Source: Opitutales bacterium
Lineage (GTDB): Bacteria; Verrucomicrobiota; Verrucomicrobiia; Opitutales; UBA2987
Length of the DNA: 26,276 bases
NCBI GenBank assembly: GCA_021772555.1
Contig: JAJFLT010000100.1
Coordinates: 1 to 26,276, forward strand
Direction of reading: 5' to 3'
The notes beneath the pieces were generated by a model. That model saw only the letters and a program-made list of their open reading frames with translations, did no database searches and was not told the DNA's origin. Of this stretch, positions 18,229 to 25,502 are shown in pieces. A program made the position numbers and the translations under genes. The number at the start of each line of letters is the position of its first letter. The first letter of the stretch is position 1.

Positions 18229-19536
18229 ATGAACGATCAAGAGTATTATGATTACGCCAAAACACTGATCCCCGGTGGGACACAATTACTGAGCAAGCGT
18301 CCTGAGTTGCAGGCACCGGGGTTATGGCCGGCGTATTTCACCGAGGCGAAGGGCTGTGTTGTGACCGATACCGATTGCAGGCATTATCGTGATTTTTCTT
18401 TTATGGGCCTGGGATCATGCGTTTTGGGTTATGGAGTCCCCGCCATCGACCAGGCGGTTGTCAGCCGAATCAGGCAAGGTGCGATGTCTACCCTCAATCC
18501 ACCTGAAGAGGTTGCCCTTGCAGAGACATTACTGGAAATTCATCCATGGGCCGACAAAGTGAGGTTTGCCCGCACAGGAGGTGAAATCCTCGCTGTGGCT
18601 GTGCGTATTGCGCGTGCTCATACCCGAAGGAGCACGATTGCAGTTTGTGGCTATCATGGATGGCATGACTGGTATCTGGCGGCAAACCTTTCTGCTGCCA
18701 ACGCCCTGGATGAGCACCTGCTGCCGGGCTTGTCTCCATTGGGTGTGCCGACGGAACTTCGAGGGACCTGCCAGACTTTTCGTTTCAATGATTTCGATGC
18801 GTTTGACGAATTGATCAGCCGGCACGGCAATGATCTGGCTGCAATCGTGATGGAACCCTTGCGATACGAACCGCCCGAATCGGGTTTTCTGGAAAGGGTA
18901 AAGGAGGCAGCCGAAAAATATGGACTCGTTTTGATTTTTGACGAGATCACCTCGGGATGGAGGAACCGCCTTGGAGGAGTGCACCTGGATTTTGGAATCA
19001 CCCCGGACATAGCGGTATTTGCCAAAGCCATGTCCAACGGCTACCCCATGGCGGCGGCAATTGGCACGGCGGAAACCATGGATATTGCGGGATCGTCATT
19101 CATCTCAAGCACTTACTGGTCAGAGGCAATCGGACCGACCGCGGCACTTGCCACCATCGCAGAGTTTAAACGTAATCAGCCGTGGAAAGGCCTGAAAAAA
19201 ACCGGTCGGAAAGTCGTAGAAATCTGGAGAAGCGCTTCATCCAGGCATTCGTTGCCCATAGAGTGCCACAGTTCGGATGCACTGTCGCATTTTTCTCTCA
19301 AAGACTGCGATGCGAACGTTGCCAAGACGATTTTTGCCCAGCAGATGTTGGAAAAGAATTTTTTGGCCACTACTTCCTTTTATGCTTCGACCGCCCATGC
19401 GGAAGCCGATATCGATGATTATGCGGAGGCCTGCGATCAAAGTTTTCAATATATCAAAAATGCATTGTCTAAAGGTGACCTGAAAAACGCCCTCACGGGA
19501 CCCGAAGCCCATATCGGTTTTACGCGGTTGAATTAA
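18229..19536 (+). CDS. Class III PLP-dependent aminotransferase (glutamate-1-semialdehyde aminomutase-like)
   Basis: RFARTGGE, CGYHGWHDW, AIVMEP, LIFDEITSGWR, PLP lysine in FAKAMSNGYP, SSTYWSE. Likely start ATG 18229 (MNDQEYY). Confidence 0.9.
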   Translation: MNDQEYYDYAKTLIPGGTQLLSKRPELQAPGLWPAYFTEAKGCVVTDTDCRHYRDFSFMGLGSCVLGYGVPAIDQAVVSRIRQGAMSTLNPPEEVALAETLLEIHPWADKVRFARTGGEILAVAVRIARAHTRRSTIAVCGYHGWHDWYLAANLSAANALDEHLLPGLSPLGVPTELRGTCQTFRFNDFDAFDELISRHGNDLAAIVMEPLRYEPPESGFLERVKEAAEKYGLVLIFDEITSGWRNRLGGVHLDFGITPDIAVFAKAMSNGYPMAAAIGTAETMDIAGSSFISSTYWSEAIGPTAALATIAEFKRNQPWKGLKKTGRKVVEIWRSASSRHSLPIECHSSDALSHFSLKDCDANVAKTIFAQQMLEKNFLATTSFYASTAHAEADIDDYAEACDQSFQYIKNALSKGDLKNALTGPEAHIGFTRLN

Positions 19537-19540
19537 CCTC

Positions 19541-19621
19541 ATGAATATAGACTACAGCGAGCACGACCAGCGTATCTGGGAGGAGGAACTGGAAACGTTT
19601 GTGCCTCAACGCATCTATTAA
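19541..19621 (+). pseudogene. N-terminal fragment of a probable amidohydrolase-family gene
   Basis: ATG 4 nt after the aminotransferase stop: MNIDYSEHDQRIWEEELETFVPQRIY*. It stops where a D-A-H-x-H metal motif would be expected (TAT TAA TGC G versus TAT GAT GCG). Family call is from recall of similar N-termini. Confidence 0.55.
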
Positions 19622-19720
19622 TGCGATCCGCGAATTTAAGATAAATTCTAGTTATTAGCTACGGCGTAAGCTCTATTTTCGATCTATCTTACCAATATCG
19701 GCTTGATGCTGTTTGCGTTT

Positions 19721-19826
19721 CGCCATTTGAACGGAGACTACCCCAAAATCACCTCCCAAGGCCGCTAACGCTTCTGGAAAGAAATCTGGCTCCTTCAACT
19801 ACTTCGGCATCACCTTCGTGCACTAG
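19721..19826 (+). repeat. Direct repeat copy 2 (decayed 3' end of the 17219-18109 gene)
   Basis: RHLNGDYPKITSQGR*RFWKEIWL(+1 T)LNYFGITFVH*; 72/84 identical to copy 1 over the core plus a 1-nt insertion; nonsense TAA at 19766-19768. Confidence 0.93.
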
Positions 19827-19827
19827 C

Positions 19828-20793
19828 CTACTGTTGTTCGAGGATATCATCGGTGTTCTCTGAATCGGGATTGGTGTAGGAGCCGCGGTATTTTTCACCG
19901 GTTGAGATCGGTTCGGGGTCCATGGCTTCCTGCGGGATCCTGGCGATGGCTTCGAGGACAATCGGAACGGCGTGTTTGGCGATTCGCTGCACGCTGTTCT
20001 GCATATCGACAAAGCTAAACGGGCGCACCCCGACCGCCGGATTGGCGATGGAGCAGATGGCGGCAAAACGGATGCCGAGTTGTCGGGCGTAGGTTGTGGC
20101 GGTTGCTATATTTTCACTACAGAGGTCGCCACCGAGGATGCGCATTGCACGGACCTCCGCAGCGGTCTCGAACCGTTCCGGGTTGTGCTGCACAAAGACG
20201 CCATGTTCGTAGAGCTTGCCGGTGTAGCCTTCCTGGACTTTGCGGGCCTCCGAGATAAGAAGTTTCCGCAAAGACGGACTATAAGGCTGGTAGTAGTTTT
20301 GAAAAACTCCCGGTCGCTCGATTCCGGAATAATCCAGAATGTTGTGGGGGCGGGTATTTTCCATTTCCATAAAATCGTCCACGATAATGAGGTCGTCATA
20401 ATCGTAGTCGGTTCGAATGCCTCCCGAGCTGGCTCCACCAATTACATGGGTTATGCCGAGGTCGTAAAGAGCGACCCAGCAACGGATGTGCCCTATGGCT
20501 TCGCTTTCACCTTCTTTTCGTGCCTCATAGCCATACATGCGGATGTAATAAAATGGCACCCCCTTGTAACGCATTCTGTAGATCGGAGGACTCGTTCCAA
20601 CCCTGGTCTCAATTGTAAAGACCCCTTCCTCCTTGACCAGGCCTTTTCCAAAAGTTTTTTGGTCGCCGAAAGTTGTTCCTCCCACCACGGCAATGAAAAC
20701 CTTTTGTTCGCCACTGGACTCTTCAGTATCAGCGTAGAGTTGGATAGAAAACAAAATCGAGACGAACAGTAAAAGAACTTTCCAAGCATTCAT
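19828..20793 (-). CDS. MTAP/purine nucleoside phosphorylase-family protein with predicted signal peptide
   Basis: IAVVGGT, YYIRMYG, LYDLGITHVIGGASSGGIR, DLIIVDDFME, PYSPSLR, RFETAAEVRAMRILGGDL, ARQLGIRFAAICSIAN align with MTAP motifs. Start is ATG 20793 (MNAWKVLLLFVSILFSIQLYA). Confidence 0.78.
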   Translation of the reverse strand: MNAWKVLLLFVSILFSIQLYADTEESSGEQKVFIAVVGGTTFGDQKTFGKGLVKEEGVFTIETRVGTSPPIYRMRYKGVPFYYIRMYGYEARKEGESEAIGHIRCWVALYDLGITHVIGGASSGGIRTDYDYDDLIIVDDFMEMENTRPHNILDYSGIERPGVFQNYYQPYSPSLRKLLISEARKVQEGYTGKLYEHGVFVQHNPERFETAAEVRAMRILGGDLCSENIATATTYARQLGIRFAAICSIANPAVGVRPFSFVDMQNSVQRIAKHAVPIVLEAIARIPQEAMDPEPISTGEKYRGSYTNPDSENTDDILEQQ

Positions 20794-20844
20794 GTGGACG
20801 AATGATGCAATCAATCCCCATAAAAGCGAGCCTGAATCACGATA

Positions 20845-20966
20845 GGCCTCTTCGACCCTCGCCACCTGCAGGAGGATCACGGCAAAATCACCTCCCAAGG
20901 CCGCTACCGCTTTTGGAAAGAAATCTAGCTCCTCAACTACTTCGGCACCACCTTTGTGCGGTAAGG
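20845..20966 (+). repeat. Direct repeat copy 3 (decayed 3' end of the 17219-18109 gene)
   Basis: GLFDPRHLQEDHGKITSQGRYRFWKEI*LLNYFGTTFVR*; 73/84 identical to copy 1 over the core; nonsense TAG at 20926-20928; ends GGTAAGG like copy 1. Confidence 0.95.
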
Positions 20967-21183
20967 TCGCCCTGAGCAACCTGATCCTTTTTGGGAATCC
21001 AATGCTTTGCACGCACAAATCTGGAAAGAGTGGGGTTTCAATCAGCGCCTTTTTCTAATTTTTCTGACGTGATAATCCGTGATCCTGGAGTTAGCTTCTC
21101 ACTGCCGATTACAAGTGCCATCATCAAGATTAAACTGATATCGTCTATTGCAACGGCTGGCGACTTTTTTTAGAGTAATGGGT

Positions 21184-22392
21184 TCATTTTCGTGATCTGG
21201 ACCCTTTGGTGGTTTCTCGCCATGGCTTGTTGCTTTTGTATAATTCTAAGCGTTTTTGATAACTTTCTATGGACTTATCTCCCTCCTCAAGTTTTTCAAT
21301 AGCTTTTATTTCGATTTCAATTGCTTCATCAAATCTTCCCGCTTCCGCAAAAGCTGCTGCAAGGGTATCAAGGATTGCGGAGGAATTCTCTTTCATTAGC
21401 GCTTGTTCGGCATATTCGATTGCTTTCTCTCCATCACGAATCGAATCATCAGGACATGTGGCAAGTAACCATGCTATACTATTTAACCCATTAACGATAT
21501 CTTTTTCAGCTACTTTGAAATACCATTTATATGCTTTTTGATAATCTTGGGGCATCCCTTCGCCATTTTGATACATCGAACCAATAGCATTTTGGGCTAG
21601 TAGGTGGCCCTGTTCAGCTGCCTTGAGAACCCACTTTTTGGTTTCCCCATAATCCTGAGGCACTCCATTTCCTTCGTGATACAAAACCGAGAGATTGTAT
21701 TGAGCCTTGGCGTGTCCTTTTTCGGCCGCCTTAATATACCATTTTCTCGCCTTTACGAAATCCTGAGCCACTCCATTCCCCACATGGTACATCCACCCAA
21801 GATTATATTCGGCATCTGGATAATTTTGTTCCGCTGCCTTACGATACCACTTTATAGTCTCGGAGAAATCCTGAGCCACACCATTTCCTTCGCTATACAA
21901 AACCCCAAGGTTGTATTGTGATACGGCATGCCTCTGTATTGCTGCCTTGCGATACCATTTTACAGCCTTGGAGTTATTCTGAGCCACTCCTTGTCCTTTG
22001 CCATACTTAACCCCAAGGTTGTATTGTGATAGTGCATACCCTTGTTTTGCTGATTTGCGGTACCATTTTACAGCCATGGAGAAATCCTGATCCGCGCCAT
22101 GTCCTTTGTCATACATCATTCCTACAGCATATTTTGATTTGGCAAAACCCTGTTGGGCTGATTTCTTAAACCACTTTAGAGCCTCGGAATAATTCTGGGA
22201 AATTACATAACCTTTGTAATACAACAATCCAAGGTTATATTGAGCATCAGGGTCTCCTAGTTTGGCCTGCTCCTTTAACACTGAAAGCTCTTTTGGTTCA
22301 GCAGCCTTTATTGAAGCCAATGCCACAAAAAAGAATATGATTGAAAACCAAAAGCTTAGAGTTCGGGGTAGCTGCGTTGATAAGGTAGTCAT
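21184..22392 (-). CDS. Secreted Sel1-like repeat protein (7 SLRs) with a TPR-like C-terminal cap
   Basis: 36-aa repeats AQYNLG..Y..G.GV.QD...A.KWY.KAA.QG; C-terminus LNSIAWLLATCPDDSIRDG...LDTLAAAFAEAGRFDEA; signal peptide; visibly lower GC (spot counts 27-48%). Confidence 0.93.
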   Translation of the reverse strand: MTTLSTQLPRTLSFWFSIIFFFVALASIKAAEPKELSVLKEQAKLGDPDAQYNLGLLYYKGYVISQNYSEALKWFKKSAQQGFAKSKYAVGMMYDKGHGADQDFSMAVKWYRKSAKQGYALSQYNLGVKYGKGQGVAQNNSKAVKWYRKAAIQRHAVSQYNLGVLYSEGNGVAQDFSETIKWYRKAAEQNYPDAEYNLGWMYHVGNGVAQDFVKARKWYIKAAEKGHAKAQYNLSVLYHEGNGVPQDYGETKKWVLKAAEQGHLLAQNAIGSMYQNGEGMPQDYQKAYKWYFKVAEKDIVNGLNSIAWLLATCPDDSIRDGEKAIEYAEQALMKENSSAILDTLAAAFAEAGRFDEAIEIEIKAIEKLEEGDKSIESYQKRLELYKSNKPWRETTKGSRSRK

Positions 22393-22560
22393 AAAAGAAA
22401 TGTGTCAGGTCGCGATAATCAAAAATAAGTTAGTTGTAAAATTCTGATTTTATGCATTGGAACGTAGTTGGTTCTCTGTCTGCGTTATGGAACCTTGAGG
22501 ATGGTGGCAGATGTTCGCGGGCAACTGCAGAATGAGTTAGTCGTAGAGGATGAATTTCAC

Positions 22561-23577
22561 TCAGCCGCCGATGTAGGACATTTCTACTTTGTGGGGGTGG
22601 AGGTGCTTTTTGAGGATTTCGGTGCGTAGCTCGGAGTAGCGGTCGTGGCGGTTTTCCCAGATGGCGCGCAGGGTCTCGCGGATGTCGTCGTCGGTCTCGC
22701 CGTTGCGGAGGACTTCGCGCAGGTCCCATCCTTCGTTGGCGAAGAGGCAGGTGTAGAGTTTGCCGTCGGCGGATAGGCGGGATCTCATGCAATTGGCGCA
22801 AAACGGCTGCGTGACTGAGGCGATGACGCCGATTTCCACCTCCGTTCCGCTGTAACGGTAGCGCCGTGCCACCTCTCCCGGGTAGTTCGGGTTGAGCGGT
22901 TCGAGGGGAAACTCCGATTGGATCAATTCGACGATCCGGCGGGAGGGAAAGACCTGCTCCATTTTCCAACCGTTATGGTTGCCCACGTCCATGAATTCAA
23001 TAAACCGCAAGGTATGGCCGTTTTGTTTAAAAAAACGAGACATGGGCAAAATTTCGCTTTCGTTGACGCCCTTTTGCACCACCATGTTGATCTTGATGCG
23101 CAGACCGGCAGCAGCGGCGGCCTCGATGCCCTTTAATACAGCTGCCACCTGCACATTGCGCCCGTTCATCTTCTGGAAGCAGTCGTTGTCGAGGGCGTCC
23201 AGGCTGACCGTTATGCGCTTCATCCCGGCGTTTTTAAGACGCTCCGCAAATCGCGGCAGGAGCACACCGTTGGTGGTCAGCGCGAGGTCGTCGATACGCG
23301 GAATAGCGACCAGCATCTTGATCAATTGATCGATATCCTTGCGCAGCAGCGGCTCCCCGCCCGTGAGGCGGATTTTATGCACACCGAGGTCGGCCGCGAT
23401 CCGGGTCAAACGAGTAATTTCGTCGAAATTTAGAAGCTCGTCCCGTTTTAAAAAAGCGTAGTGATTGCCGAAAACCTCCGCCGGCATACAGTAGGGGCAG
23501 CGGAAGTTGCACTGGTCGATAACCGATATGCGCAAGTCCTTGAGCGGCCTCTTGAGAGTGTCTATTGGAAAATCCAT
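22561..23577 (-). CDS. moaA: GTP 3',8-cyclase MoaA (radical SAM)
   Basis: LRISVIDQCNFRCPYCMP (CxxxCxxC), RLTGGEPLLR, FCANC.R.RLSADGKLYTCLF, C-terminal MSYIGG. Confidence 0.97.
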   Translation of the reverse strand: MDFPIDTLKRPLKDLRISVIDQCNFRCPYCMPAEVFGNHYAFLKRDELLNFDEITRLTRIAADLGVHKIRLTGGEPLLRKDIDQLIKMLVAIPRIDDLALTTNGVLLPRFAERLKNAGMKRITVSLDALDNDCFQKMNGRNVQVAAVLKGIEAAAAAGLRIKINMVVQKGVNESEILPMSRFFKQNGHTLRFIEFMDVGNHNGWKMEQVFPSRRIVELIQSEFPLEPLNPNYPGEVARRYRYSGTEVEIGVIASVTQPFCANCMRSRLSADGKLYTCLFANEGWDLREVLRNGETDDDIRETLRAIWENRHDRYSELRTEILKKHLHPHKVEMSYIGG

Positions 23578-23598
23578 TGTCTTGAAAATCAGTCTGGC

Positions 23599-23690
23599 TA
23601 GAACCTATCTCAAATTCGATGGATTCGTGCGGCACGGTGCCACAGTGGCGCTACAAACACCATTCATCTGCGATTTTGAGTTAGGTTCTA
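23599..23690. mobile_element. 92-bp imperfect inverted repeat: MITE-like element (TA flanks) or structured leader
   Basis: TAGAACCTATCTCAAATTCG (23599-23618) pairs with CGATTTTGAGTTAGGTTCTA (23671-23690) at 18/20 positions, followed by a 3-nt bulge and 6 further pairs. Confidence 0.55.
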
Positions 23691-23781
23691 ATAATTTGCC
23701 TCTAAATGACGGCATTGTCCAATGCTAATGAAGGGCCAATAATCGTTGCCCTCCGCGCATTCGATGTCTTGTATTTTTGGC

Positions 23782-24993
23782 ATGCCGTTAATCGCTGTCA
23801 ACGAGGCCGCCCGCATCGTCGAGGAAGCCACCGCCGTACTTTCCACGGAGGAAGTATCGCTGGTGGAGGCCATTGGACGGGCACTGCGCCAGACGGTGCA
23901 AGCCGACCGTGATGTGCCACCCTACGATCGGGTTATGATGGACGGGATTGCTTTTAACCATCGGGATTGGGAAAATGACGTTCGCCAATATTCCATTGTC
24001 GGCACGCAGGCGGCGGGAGCGCCCCCGGAAATCCTCACCGGTTCGGGAAACTGTTTCGAGATTATGACAGGCTCGGAATTATCGAACGGCTGCGATTGCG
24101 TGGTCCCCTATGAGGAAGTGGAAATCAACGAAGGGAAAGCGCAGATTGTCGATGGATTTGTGCCGCAACCGGGTCGATTCGTCCACAAAACGGGTTCCGA
24201 CTATCCCGCCGGGGCGACACTGTTGCAGCCGGGCTACCGGTTGACCTCGCGGCAAATCGCGATCGCCGCGGCCAGCGGGTGCACTCATTTGAGAGTGACC
24301 CGGCTTCCCCGCATCAGCCTCGTCTCGACCGGCGATGAGTTGGTGGAAATCGACCTGCCGGTGGAGCGGCATCAAATCCGCCCCTCGAATGCCTATTCGC
24401 TGCAAGCGGGGTTGGCGGCATTGGGTATTTCCACGGTTAAACGTAGCCATCTCAATGATCGTCCCGAGGAAATTGAGAAGAAATTGGTCAGCCTTTTGGA
24501 AGATTCCGATGTCCTCATCTTGAGCGGAGGCGTCTCCAAGGGCCGCTACGATTACGTTCCAGAAATTTTGGAGAAACTGGGTGTCAAAAAGCTATTTCAT
24601 GGCGTTACCCAGCGACCCGGCAAACCGTTTTGGTTTGGACGGCAGGATGACGGTCCTTCCGTTTTTGCCCTGCCCGGCAACCCCCTTTCGACTCTGGTTT
24701 GTTTCCATCGGTTTGTCGTACCCTCTCTGGAGAAAATGCTCGGATTGCCGACTCCGCCGACGGTTTGGGCTTCGCTGGCCGAACCATTTGACTTTGAGCC
24801 GCCCCAGACATTTTTCCTGCCGGTAGCTGCCGAAAGCCAACCGGATGGGCTCCTTTCGGCCACTCCCCGATCGGTCAGCAATTCCGGGGATTACGCCTCC
24901 ATAGTCTCAACCTCGGGCTTTGTGGAGCTGCCCGGTGAGGATTTGAGCGAATTTCCCACCGGGTATTGCGCAAAATATTTTTCCTGGATTTAG
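23782..24993 (+). CDS. moeA: Molybdopterin molybdenumtransferase MoeA
   Basis: PPYDRVMMDGIA, IMTGSELSNGCDCVVPYE, STGDEL, SGGVSKGRYDYVP, QRPGKP, LPGNPLS. Likely start ATG 23782. Confidence 0.95.
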   Translation: MPLIAVNEAARIVEEATAVLSTEEVSLVEAIGRALRQTVQADRDVPPYDRVMMDGIAFNHRDWENDVRQYSIVGTQAAGAPPEILTGSGNCFEIMTGSELSNGCDCVVPYEEVEINEGKAQIVDGFVPQPGRFVHKTGSDYPAGATLLQPGYRLTSRQIAIAAASGCTHLRVTRLPRISLVSTGDELVEIDLPVERHQIRPSNAYSLQAGLAALGISTVKRSHLNDRPEEIEKKLVSLLEDSDVLILSGGVSKGRYDYVPEILEKLGVKKLFHGVTQRPGKPFWFGRQDDGPSVFALPGNPLSTLVCFHRFVVPSLEKMLGLPTPPTVWASLAEPFDFEPPQTFFLPVAAESQPDGLLSATPRSVSNSGDYASIVSTSGFVELPGEDLSEFPTGYCAKYFSWI

Positions 24994-25016
24994 GTTCAAT
25001 CAATAGCCGAAATAAA

Positions 25017-25496
25017 ATGACCAGTCTATCCCACATCAATCCCGATAATCAGCCCGAGATGGTCGATGTCGGCTCGAAATCTATCACCCGGCGCGAAGCC
25101 CACGCGCGGGCCGTCGTTTTGCTCAATGAGGAAATCATGCAACAGCTCGTCGGTGGTGAACTGATGAGCAAAAAAGGGCCTGTTTTCCAAACCGCCTACA
25201 TCGCTGGAATCATGGCCGCCAAGAAGACCCATGAACTCATACCATTATGCCATCCGCTGGTTATCGAAGATTGCAAAATTCAAATCCTGCCGGCGGACGA
25301 CAATCGCGTGGTCATCGATTGCACCACCAAGGCGACCCACAAGACCGGCGTCGAAATGGAAGCCCTCACTGGCGCTTCAGTGGCCGCCTTGACCATCTAC
25401 GACATGTGCAAGTCCGTCTCCAAAGAGATCGTAATCGAGAGCGTCCGCCTCATTAAAAAGACCGGCGGCAAAAGCGATTTCGAAACGGTTGGATAA
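25017..25496 (+). CDS. moaC: Cyclic pyranopterin monophosphate synthase MoaC
   Basis: LSH...MVDVGSK..T.REA.A, KKGPV...A.IAGIMAAKKT.ELIPLCHPL, TGVEMEAL, LTIYDMCK, KTGGKS. Likely start ATG 25017. Confidence 0.96.
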   Translation: MTSLSHINPDNQPEMVDVGSKSITRREAHARAVVLLNEEIMQQLVGGELMSKKGPVFQTAYIAGIMAAKKTHELIPLCHPLVIEDCKIQILPADDNRVVIDCTTKATHKTGVEMEALTGASVAALTIYDMCKSVSKEIVIESVRLIKKTGGKSDFETVG

Positions 25497-25502
25497 ATCA
25501 AG

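Noticed and set aside
17990-20966. CRISPR, integron or DGR interpretation of the triple repeat
   Set aside because: The repeats are 85-120 bp of coding sequence spaced 1-1.6 kb apart, not palindromic like attC. Differences are not adenine-specific, and no cas, intI or reverse transcriptase gene is present.
20794-21018. 75-aa N-terminal extension of the MTAP-like ORF in the ORF track (start 21018)
   Set aside because: It is the antisense reading of repeat copy 3 plus flanking DNA; ATG 20793 gives a clean signal peptide.
21600-22260. 108-nt periodic DNA repeats
   Set aside because: Fully explained by the 36-aa Sel1 protein repeats.
18110-22560. Integrase, transposase or terminal inverted repeats bounding the island
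   Set aside because: No recombinase ORF or remnant recognised; only 7-bp chance-level inverted matches (CCTCAAG / CTTGAGG) were seen.
22561-22860. Apparently higher GC at the moaA 3' end suggesting a recombined tail
   Set aside because: Hand count gives about 60% versus roughly 55% in the next 360 nt; the difference is too small to support mosaicism.
22430-22969. 179-aa minus-strand ORF overlapping the moaA 3' end
   Set aside because: Alternative-frame read of moaA with low-complexity Arg/Pro composition.
23578-23781. Canonical Moco riboswitch or ModE box in the moaA/moeA spacer
   Set aside because: I could not find the conserved Moco-motif segments or a ModE-type inverted repeat by eye; the hairpin present has a different architecture. 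An Infernal search would settle it.
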